Source of the DNA: an uncultured delta proteobacterium
GTDB taxonomy: Bacteria; Desulfobacterota; Binatia; UBA9968
Direction of reading: 5' to 3'
DNA: 64,000 nt
Assembly: GCA_963840855.1 (NCBI GenBank)
Contig: CAWJBB010000079.1
Coordinates: 141,487 to 205,486, forward strand
Below are positions 20,137 to 29,101 of the stretch, piece after piece. The notes under the pieces are model-generated. The model saw nothing but the letters and a program-made list of their open reading frames with translations, was not told where the DNA came from and searched no databases. The position numbers and the translations under genes were made by a program. Position 1 is the stretch's first letter, and each line of letters starts with the position of its first letter.

Positions 20137-20508
20137 TTAGTTTTTTGTTTCTCTAACAGTGAACGGAAAACTCTGCTCGACCACGTGCCCGTCCACAGAT
20201 AAAACGCGGAATTTCACGGTATATCTCCCTGCCTGAAGTTGCTTGACGCCGATGGCAAGCTGCTTTGGATCCTCATTGGACACCAACGCGTTGTCGAGGT
20301 CTACACGCTTGCCACCGGAATCAAGAACCGCGATGGACGAATAGCGTGGCTCCAAGCGCTCGTTAAACCAGATCTGAATTTTCGCCGGCGAAGCGAACAG
20401 CGTAGCGCGGCCCGGCGGCACGGATTTCACGAGATAAGCGTGTGCGGAAGCGAGCGCCGGAAACAAAAGAAACAACAAGAGCAAAACCTCAGCACGTCGC
20501 GCTTTCAT
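20137..20508 (-). CDS. copC: Periplasmic copper-binding protein CopC
   Basis: Signal ASA|HAYLVKSVP (His1), FNERLE, RVLSVDGH; no Met-rich Cu(I) loop. Confidence 0.92.
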   Translation of the reverse strand: MKARRAEVLLLLFLLFPALASAHAYLVKSVPPGRATLFASPAKIQIWFNERLEPRYSSIAVLDSGGKRVDLDNALVSNEDPKQLAIGVKQLQAGRYTVKFRVLSVDGHVVEQSFPFTVRETKN

Positions 20509-20552
20509 TTTTTGACGAAGCAACACGGCGAATTAAACAAAAGATCGGAGAT

Positions 20553-20591
20553 AAAGGGATAGAAGATGTCGCACCTCTATCCCTTTTTTTT
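20553..20591. terminator. Intrinsic terminator-like hairpin between AH3 and copC
   Basis: AAAGGGATAGA...TCTATCCCTTTTTTTT. Confidence 0.6.
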
Positions 20592-20611
20592 GTCCACTGC
20601 CTGCGGACCAC

Positions 20612-22373
20612 TCAGAAATTATCCGCCTGGTAAACGATCTTCCCGCCAACCATGGTGAGGAGAGGTTTTATCTTTCTGATCTCCCGTTCAGGCACAGTGA
20701 AGTAATCGCTACTGAGAACCAGGAGATCGGCATACTTGCCGCGCTCCAGGGAGCCCTAGAACGTTCTCCCTGAAGACATACTCGGCCGCCCAGCTCGTGG
20801 CCGTTTTCAGCGCCAGCACGCGGTCGACGCGTTCCTTGGCGGCATAGACCTTGCCTTCGACTTCCCGATTGACCATGACGTCGATGTAGTGAAACACGGT
20901 GCCGACCTTGAAGATGTCGCGATCATCGATCTCCATGACGGTTTTAACCCCTGCGTCGAGCAATGATTTCACTGGGGCAATCCACGTGAGGTATTGCTCG
21001 CCGTAATCACGCAAGACTTCCGGCGAGTCCTCAACGTATTTCGGCGCGCAGCTCATCATAATATTGAGCTTTTGCAGCCGCGGGATTTGGTCAGGGCGGG
21101 GATTCAAGGCGCAGTGATCGAGCGCATGACCCTTGGCTTTGATCTGCTCGGCGGTCAGCCCGGCCCTGGCGCTCCCCTTTTCGATGGCGTCGAGCATGAT
21201 ATCCGCCGCCTTATCGCCCGCTGTATGCGTGCCGGCAATCCGAAGGCCGGCGGCGACCGCATTCTCAATAAATTCCGGAAGACCCGCGTTGAAAACCTCT
21301 CGATCTTTAATTTCCTTGGGTACATTGGTGATGGTCGTCAGAAGTCCGGGGTAGGACTGGTCGGTGCCGCGCATGCTCGCTCCGACGAACCACACGTAGT
21401 CGGTTCCATAACCGCTTACGCCATACATCTCCGGAATCAATTGAATCGGCGTGCCCAGACTCGGAGTATAGGCAAATCTTATCCCTATCTCGCCCTTTCT
21501 ATCGAGGAGCTGGTAGCCGGCCAACGCGCGCATCGAGCGCATGGAGCTGGACCAGGTAGTAACACCGTAGCTCGCCCATCGGAGATTTTCCTCTTTGTAA
21601 AGTTGCGCTAACTGCTCCAAAGTCGGGATCAGGAAGTCAGACCCTATAATGCGATTCAGCGTGTTGGAAGAAAAGCCGTCTTCGCGCATGAGATCAGGTT
21701 CCATGGGGCCGGCCCAGATGTTTTTCACGATGTCCATGGCTTTGCTGTTCAGAATCGAAGTGGTTCTTACTTTAAGGTAAACGGGGTTGTTCGGCGCCAG
21801 CTCATCCAACTCTTTTCGATTGACGATAACTCCCCTGCGCGAAGCGACGATGCCATCCATGGGTTTACCGTCCTGTCCGATGCCCTCGCGCGGCAAGTCC
21901 AAGGCGATCCAGTCGCCGGGTTTTTTCTTGGCCGCCTCTACCTTGACGACGTCGAGAACCTTTTTCTTGATGCTCGCCCAAGTCTCTCCCGACTGAGCCC
22001 GGACGCGTGTTCGCACCGTATTTTGCTCCTGCGCGTCCAGGGCGTAATCAAACAAGTGCGAATGCGTGTCGATAATTCCCGGCACAACCGTGCGGCCCTT
22101 CAGATCGAGGATTTTCGTCTGCGGTCCTTTTAACCCAAGGATCTGTTGATCGCCGCCGGCGGCGATGATTTTTCCGTCTCGAATCGCCACCGCCTGCGCC
22201 ATGGTTCCGGGGTTTGACGAGGGTGTCTTGTCGTCCATGGTTGCGACCTTGCCGTTGTGCAGGATGGTGTCGGGATAATTTACTAGCTCTGGTGGAACAC
22301 TTTGAGCCAGTACCGGGCGGGTGACGAGAGCCAAACTCAAGAGAAGAAATAAAACCCTAATAGAGCGTTTCAT
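20612..22373 (-). CDS. Exported amidohydrolase-3 AH3, C-terminal frameshift near 20755
   Basis: Signal ...PVLA|QS, DTHSH, HTAGD, LDHC, SCAPKY; shifted frame continues SLERGKYAD...VGGKIVYQADNF*. Confidence 0.9.
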
Positions 22374-22491
22374 AAAAACCTCCTTGTGGTTTCGCTTTCT
22401 TATTTATTATTGGCTTTTTGCTCGAAGCAGATTCTCCTGTTAAGCGTATAGCATAGAGCCTGTAGCCCTGAAAAGCCCAAATGCTAACTGC

Positions 22492-22923
22492 TTACTTCTT
22501 ACCCGTTTCAACCGGAAACTTTCGTTTAACCCATTCCTTAAAAGTATCCGCCATGACCGAAATATTGCGATACTCATGGTCGTCGCGCAGTGGTAGATAC
22601 GCTTCCTGAACCAGCTCGTCTTGCTCGCAGTCGCAGTAGAGCACCACCCGGCCCGCCTTGGGAATCTCCCTTAAACGTTTTTCAAGCTCGTTCATGGGGA
22701 GCGAACGGGCGCCCGGGATGCGTGCCTGCTTAAAGTCTTTGGCGGGCCGGAGGTCGAAAAGAATGAGCGGTTCGCGCGCAGCGAGATAATACTTGACCCG
22801 CTCCATCGTCACTATCGAGACAGGTTCCTCCGAGCCGTGGCCGGCCACAGCGATCCTCGTGGGGAACCCCACGACCATGGCGAAAAGAAAGACGAAAACT
22901 CGATGGCCAGAGCACAGGCGCAT
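22492..22923 (-). CDS. Exported rhodanese-like protein R3
   Basis: Leader ...IAVA|GHGSEE, FDLRP, RIPGARS, VLYCDCE. Confidence 0.87.
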   Translation of the reverse strand: MRLCSGHRVFVFLFAMVVGFPTRIAVAGHGSEEPVSIVTMERVKYYLAAREPLILFDLRPAKDFKQARIPGARSLPMNELEKRLREIPKAGRVVLYCDCEQDELVQEAYLPLRDDHEYRNISVMADTFKEWVKRKFPVETGKK

Positions 22924-22975
22924 CTTAGGATTGTCTCCGTAAATAGCAGAGCGACAATATCCGCCAGCGGCTTTA

Positions 22976-24817
22976 TTACTCGATAACCCCCGGCGCTTCC
23001 TTGCCGCCAAACTCCGCCACCTGGGGACCGCGGGTCCTCCCTCTCAACGCGGAGTTTTCGTGGATAATCTTGCCACTTACCATAGTGAGCACTGGAGCGA
23101 CAGTTCCGATCTCGCCTTCGGGCACCGTCAGGTAATCGCGGTTGAGGACCAGCAAGTCAGCGAACTTTCCCGGCTCCAGCGAACCCAAAACATTTTCCTT
23201 CAACACATACTCTGAAGCCCACACGGTTCCCATCTTTAGCGCGAGCACGCGGTCGATCTTCTCCCGCGCCGCATAAACCTTACCGTTCACCTCACGCGTC
23301 ACTAAGAGTTCCAGGTAGTGGAATGGACCCTTTGTCGGCGTGAAATGAATATCTGTTTCCAGTACTGTCTTCACTCCGGCTTCGATAAGGCTCTTGGCGG
23401 GAGCGACCCAGTTGAGATATTTCTCGCCATAATCGCGCAGCACTTCCGGGCTGGCGTTTTCGATATACTTGGGACTGCAGCTCACGAGAATACCGAGCTT
23501 CTTTAATCTCGGCATTTGATCCGGTCTCGGATTCATCGTGCAGTGATCGACAGAATGACGCCGGGCCTGGATTTGCTCAGGCGACATGCCGGCTTTCTTG
23601 CTCCCCTCTTCGATGACATCCATCACCTGGTCCAAGGTGGCGTCCCCCGCGACATGCGTGTTGCTAAAACGCAGCCCTCGGGCGACGATTTCCTCTAAGA
23701 CCTTGCGCCTGTAGTCCCCGCCATCCAAACGAGTCATCTCCCTCGATTTGATTTCCGCCGGCGCGTCAGCGCTGGATTTTAGCTGTGGGTACGAGCCATC
23801 GGCGCTGACCAGGCTGATGCCGTTGGGCCAGAGATACTCAGATCCCTGCCCCTCTACCAGTTCCATGTAGCCGCGCACCATGGCCGGTCCTTGTGAAGTT
23901 CCGGTAATGAGACTTCCCAAACCATAGGCGAAGCGCACGACCATTTCGCCCTTTTGATCGAGAAGCCGATAGGCGCGAATCGTATTCAACGCTGAGGTAG
24001 AGGAAGACCAGGTGGTCACGCCATAGGCCGCCAATTCCTCCTGTTCTTTCTTGTAGAGATCGGCCAACAGAGGAAGCTTGCCATCGAGGATGATGTCGGT
24101 TTGGAGCGAGCGCCGGATGCTGGCGCTCCATACGATGCCATCCTCGCTGATCTCTTCATCCAATGCGCCATAGTGGCGCTTGAATGCCTCAAGGGCGCGG
24201 CTGCTGAACAATCCACGATTGCCGGCCTGGATGAAAATCGCATGATCAGGCGAGATTTTATCCAGCTCTTCTTTGTTGAACATCTTGAGGTCCGTCATCG
24301 CCACTTTGATGTCCACTTGTTTGCCATCGCGCATGACGCGATTCGGTAGCCTCACCCATATCCACTCGCCCGGTTGGGCTTTCTTTACCTCCGCCTGAAC
24401 GGTTTCCAGCGTCGCCTTTCTCAGCTCTGCCCACTCCCGCCCCTTGATTGCCGGTTTTCTCAGCTCAGGGAGGTTCCTCCCCCAGTGGTCCATGGTGTAT
24501 TCCATCGCGTGGTAGTGGGTGTCGATGATTCCAGGGACCACGGTCCTACCGCGCAAATCGATGATCTCGGTCTTGGGGCCTTTCAGCGCGAGAATTCTAT
24601 TGTTGGCACCGAGAGCCAAAATCCTGCCATCTCGGATGGCGAGCGCCTGGACGATCGTTCCGGGATTGGTGGATGTTGTCTTGTCGTCCACCGTGACGAT
24701 CTTACCATTGTGCAGAATCGCTTCCGGATAGCGGATCAATTCCGGCGGCAGGTTTTGCGCGAATGCAGGACTCAAGGAAAGTAGACCAACTAAAAAGGAA
24801 AAAAATAGCCTTCTCAT
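22976..24817 (-). CDS. Exported amidohydrolase-3 AH4
   Basis: Signal ...PAFA|QN, DTHYH, HVAGD, VDHC, SCSPKY, GSLEPGKFAD. Confidence 0.92.
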   Translation of the reverse strand: MRRLFFSFLVGLLSLSPAFAQNLPPELIRYPEAILHNGKIVTVDDKTTSTNPGTIVQALAIRDGRILALGANNRILALKGPKTEIIDLRGRTVVPGIIDTHYHAMEYTMDHWGRNLPELRKPAIKGREWAELRKATLETVQAEVKKAQPGEWIWVRLPNRVMRDGKQVDIKVAMTDLKMFNKEELDKISPDHAIFIQAGNRGLFSSRALEAFKRHYGALDEEISEDGIVWSASIRRSLQTDIILDGKLPLLADLYKKEQEELAAYGVTTWSSSTSALNTIRAYRLLDQKGEMVVRFAYGLGSLITGTSQGPAMVRGYMELVEGQGSEYLWPNGISLVSADGSYPQLKSSADAPAEIKSREMTRLDGGDYRRKVLEEIVARGLRFSNTHVAGDATLDQVMDVIEEGSKKAGMSPEQIQARRHSVDHCTMNPRPDQMPRLKKLGILVSCSPKYIENASPEVLRDYGEKYLNWVAPAKSLIEAGVKTVLETDIHFTPTKGPFHYLELLVTREVNGKVYAAREKIDRVLALKMGTVWASEYVLKENVLGSLEPGKFADLLVLNRDYLTVPEGEIGTVAPVLTMVSGKIIHENSALRGRTRGPQVAEFGGKEAPGVIE

Positions 24818-24839
24818 CTGTATCTCCCTTCTTGATTCT

Positions 24840-25277
24840 CTAGCGGGTTACTTTTTTGGCAATCGTCTCCATCGGATAACCGCGGTTTACCCAGCCCTGG
24901 AATCCATCCGCCATTATGGCAGCATTGCGGTAACCATAGTCTTTGAGTAACAAGTAAGCGTCGTCGATAATCTGATTTTGCGGGCAGTCGCAATAGAGCA
25001 CCACGCGACCCGATCGCGGAATTTCCGTGTAGCGCTTAGCCAGTTCCTTCAGCGGAACGGAACGCGCACCGGGGAGCCGCGCTTTCTGAAAGTCAGCGCC
25101 GGCACGAAGATCGACGATGATGATCTTCTCGCGCGCATCGAGAAAAGCCTTCACCTGCTCAACCGTGACCGTGACCACATCTTCTTCACTGCCATGCCCG
25201 GCCCATGCCACCGCGGGCGAAACCATCACGAGTGCGAGTATAAGAGCGGCGAGCTTTCTATCATTTGTCACATGCAT
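24840..25277 (-). CDS. Exported rhodanese-like protein R4
   Basis: Leader ...AWA|GHGSEED, RLPGARSVP, VLYCDCP, DGFQGW. Confidence 0.88.
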   Translation of the reverse strand: MHVTNDRKLAALILALVMVSPAVAWAGHGSEEDVVTVTVEQVKAFLDAREKIIIVDLRAGADFQKARLPGARSVPLKELAKRYTEIPRSGRVVLYCDCPQNQIIDDAYLLLKDYGYRNAAIMADGFQGWVNRGYPMETIAKKVTR

Positions 25278-25291
25278 AGTTCGTGTCTGCG

Positions 25292-27089
25292 CTATTTGCT
25301 CGGCGTTAGTGCAAGACCCACCGCCGGTAATTTCTCCGCCTTGGCGAATTGCGGATTGGTGTACACCAGCTTACCCGCGACCGCAGTCAGCATTACGTTG
25401 ATCTTCGAGAGATCTTCGTCCGGAGTATTCAGGTAATCGCGGTCTATAATGACGAAATCCGCCCACTTCCCACGCTCGAGGGAGCCCAGAACCTTTTCAC
25501 GCAGAACGTATTCGGCGGCCCAACGGGTGAACATCTTTAGAGCCGTAGACTTATCGACGGCTTGCTTTGCTCCCCAGGTTCTTCCCTCGCTGTCCTTGCG
25601 GGTAACCGCATACTTGATGTGAGCAAAGGCGCCGCCTTCCTTTCTGTGCACCCTGCGATCGTCCATTTCCATAACGACTTTCCCGCCGGCTTGTAGAATG
25701 TTCTGGATGGGCGCGTTCATCTCATGCGCGTATTTTTCGCCGTAGTCCCGGGATATGTCGGCAGCATCCTCTATATATCGGGGCGCGCAACTCCAGATGA
25801 TGTCGAGTTTTTTTCCCCGTTCGATTTGGTCGGGCCGCGGGCTCATGCCGCAGTGGTCAATGTTATGCTTCTTGGCCCGGATCTCATCGGCGCTTATTCC
25901 CGCCTCCGCGCTCGCCTTCTCGATCAGGTCGAGATATTTATCGACCGCGCCATCGCCATAGACATGGGTTCCTGAGATGCGCTGCCCTGCTTGAACCGCG
26001 GCGCGCATGATTTTGTATTGCGCATCCGCCTCGCATATCTCCCGCGACTTGATTTCGTCACGCGCATTAACCGTGGTGCAGTGCCGCGGGTAACTGCTGT
26101 CGAGAGCGGACAGCGATACGCCAATGGTCCACAAGTAGTTCGTGCCGTGACCGACATTGTTTCCCAGCCGCTTGTAGAACTCTGCCGGCATGGGCAAAAC
26201 CTGCGGCGCCCATTCGATGCGAGTACGCAAAGCGGATCGGCATCTCACCGGCACGGTCCAGCACGGCAAAGCCGTCAAAAACCTTGGCCGTTGGTAGCGA
26301 CGATGACCAAGTGGTAACGCCAAGCGCAGACCAGGCCTGTAACTCCTTCTTATAAATGGCTGCGAGTGTTTACGGCTTTTGCACGAGAATCTCGCCGATT
26401 AACGTGCGCATGGCGCCGGAGCCGATCGGCCCCCGTGGAGTCCCTTTCGCGTCCGAGGGTATCTCTTCTGGAAGCTCGCCGAAGTAGTCAGTGAACATCT
26501 TAAAGATGAGACTGTTCGCCCTTCTATCCGTGCCGCGGAGCTGGACGACAATCGGATTCTTAGGCGCAAGCTCGTCCATTTCTTTCAGCATCATCTTTTT
26601 GCCGAACTCCTCAGCGACGCTAGACGGCTGGAGTTGCACGTGGACGATCTTGCCCGCGGGAGTTTTCGCAAGCATCTCCTTCAAGCGAGCGATCGCTTCG
26701 TCGACGGATTTAACCCGAACCTCGGTCTGCCGGTACTGCGCCAACTCCGGCTCGAGCTTTTCAAGATCGTTCGCCCAATTTGCCGGTGCGTAATCGAACA
26801 GGTGGGAATGTGTGTCGATAAACCCAGGTAGTACTGATTTACCCTTCAGGTCCAGTTGCAGGGTTTTAGGGCCGGCTAGCGCGAGGATTTCGCTGTTGCT
26901 GCCGACGGCCATGATTTTGCCGTCGCGCACGGCAAGGGCCTGCGACACGGAAAAACGCTCGTCCACCGTAACTATTTTCCCATTGTGATACACAGCATCC
27001 GCGAAAATCACCATCCCTTTACCGGTTTGCGCCGCGGCTTGACTCGTGAGAAGACAGTACGACATTAAGAAGCTAATCAGCCATCTCAT
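25292..27089 (-). pseudogene. Exported amidohydrolase-3 AH5, broken by an in-frame TAA (26370..26372) and a frameshift near 26185 (may be sequencing error)
   Basis: The three ORF pieces reconstruct one paralog: signal, DTHSH, GVTTWSS, HVYGD, IDHC, SCAPRY. Confidence 0.8.
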
Positions 27090-27184
27090 GGGTTTTTCCT
27101 CCTTGTGACTGTATTTAAGTCAACGCAGGCAATGTGTCCACCCCTGCGCCGTTAAAAAATCACCCAACTTCGCCCAGGCGCGAG

Positions 27185-28301
27185 TCACTGCTCCGTAGCC
27201 CGCGGCGCTGGCAATCCCCACACTTCAACGGCGATGCGCTCGGCAATCTTGTTTCCTTTTAGCAAGCAGGCGACATTGCAAAACGAAACGCTGGCGCTCT
27301 TTGTTAGCTGATGAGTTAAATTTCCCTCAACCAGGAACGAACCTCTACCGGGTTCCGTCGATTCGACGATTTGCTGGGCCTCGCCGAGAAGCTAAAAACT
27401 CCAGCCAGAGAAGCGCTGCATGAGGATTCTTGGCGCCCGCATAGATCGCCTGGGGATCGTGCAAGGTGATCGGGAGAATCTCCGGTACTACCATCTTGAT
27501 GGGCAGATTCGGATCCTTCTTCAACATGCGGCTCATCGGATGGATATACATCCCGCAGTTCATGGAGAGCTTGCCCTCGGCCAGCAAACCGAGGTTGCGG
27601 GTATTGCCCCGGCCAAACACTGCCTGGTTATCTTTCAATCCCCGGGCAAAGTCGAAAAGTCTTTCCTCCCCCCAGCGCGGGATGAGCCATGTCAGCATAT
27701 TGGGATTGGCATCGACGCTGAACCTGCCTTTCCATTGCGAGTCGAGGCAGCTCGCCCAACCCTTGGGGGCTTTGTCCGCTGCTATCAGGCTTGAGTTGTA
27801 AGTGATGATGCCGGTGTTGTTCGACGGCCACACAATCATGCCCGTGTCATCGATCATCTCGATGGGAATTTTGATCTGACCATCCCGCGCCATCGCCTTG
27901 AGGTCATACTTTTTGACAAGCCCCCGCTCAGGATATTCGTTTGGGAAAGAGCCGCTAAATCCTAAAACATCGACGACCGCCTCGCCTGCGACAAGCTCAT
28001 CGAGCGCTTGTTTGGGATTTGGCCTCGAGCCCATTTTGCTGGCGCCCCACCCGGGCTGCACAAAGGGATACCTTTTGCCGAACGCCTTGAGAAGCTCCGG
28101 TATCGTTGCTTTGTCATACTCGGGCCGCAGCGCGGGATGCAAAAGCAGTTTCCCTTCCTTCTTCGCTCCCTCGATCATCTGCGCGCTTGACACATAAATC
28201 GTTGCCGGCCTTGGCTGGGCCGTGGATTGGCTCGCGGAAAACATTGCCGCGAGAGCAAACGGGATAGAAAAACAAACATGGAAATATTGCGCTAGTTTCA
28301 T
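27185..28301 (-). CDS. ABC extracellular solute-binding protein (Fe/polyamine-type fold), frameshift near 27385
   Basis: GAKKEGKL, YNSSLI-DKAPKGW, AKNPHAALLWLEFLAS; shifted frame continues to TGA at 27185. Confidence 0.78.
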
Positions 28302-28600
28302 TTTTGTAACCTTTGTGCTCTTTGTGGCTGATCTTGCCTGCCTTCTATGTGGTTCAAAGTTTTCGCGGCGCGCGCAAATTCTTTGGTTACCTTGATCCTA
28401 AATTGGGGAATTCACAAGACAATACGGTATCACCACGTAAGGCACGAAGGACTCGAAGGGTCCGAATATTTATATTATTAAACTTCGTGAACTTCTGCCT
28501 TCGTGGTGAGTCCCTTCTTCTTGTGCCCTTTAGGGTTAAATCGCTTATTCCGTTTGGTTGCGGTCGCCGCGCTAGGTTTTTCGTGGCGCGTGTCCCTAAC

Positions 28601-29071
28601 CTACCGCCGGCCCGCCTCGATGGGAAATTTACGCTTTTCCCAGCCGTAAAACCCTTCCAGCATGAAAGCGATATTTCTGTACCGGTTGTCCTCAAAAAGC
28701 TGAAACACGGAGTCCGGAATCTCGTCTTGCGGCGTTGCCGCGTATACAATGACCCTTCCCGACTTGGGAATCTCGCCCAACCGCTTGTCCAACTCCGCCA
28801 TCGGAATCGAGCGGGAGCCGGGAAGTCTTTTGTCTTGGAACTCTTTTGCCGGCCGGATATCGATGAGCAAAAATTTTTCGCCGGCGTCGAGCAGCAGCTT
28901 GAGGCGGTCGGCCGCGATGGTAGTAACGTCCCTGCCCTCATGCCCGGCTTCCGCCAGCGCCGGCGCTAAAGCAAGAACCAAGACCGTTAGAAAAATAATT
29001 ACATGGCCCGCCCTGACGATTCTTATCGCCGATTGCTTTTCCCTCTTGATGGCTCGTTTACGGATTGCCAT
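28601..29071 (-). CDS. Exported rhodanese-like protein R5, Cys-free
   Basis: Leader ...AEA|GHEG, IDIRP, RLPGSRSIP; active loop VYAATP instead of LYCxCP. Confidence 0.85.
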   Translation of the reverse strand: MAIRKRAIKREKQSAIRIVRAGHVIIFLTVLVLALAPALAEAGHEGRDVTTIAADRLKLLLDAGEKFLLIDIRPAKEFQDKRLPGSRSIPMAELDKRLGEIPKSGRVIVYAATPQDEIPDSVFQLFEDNRYRNIAFMLEGFYGWEKRKFPIEAGRR

Positions 29072-29101
29072 CGCTGCTGCGGCTCAGTTATCTTCTCTCG
29101 C

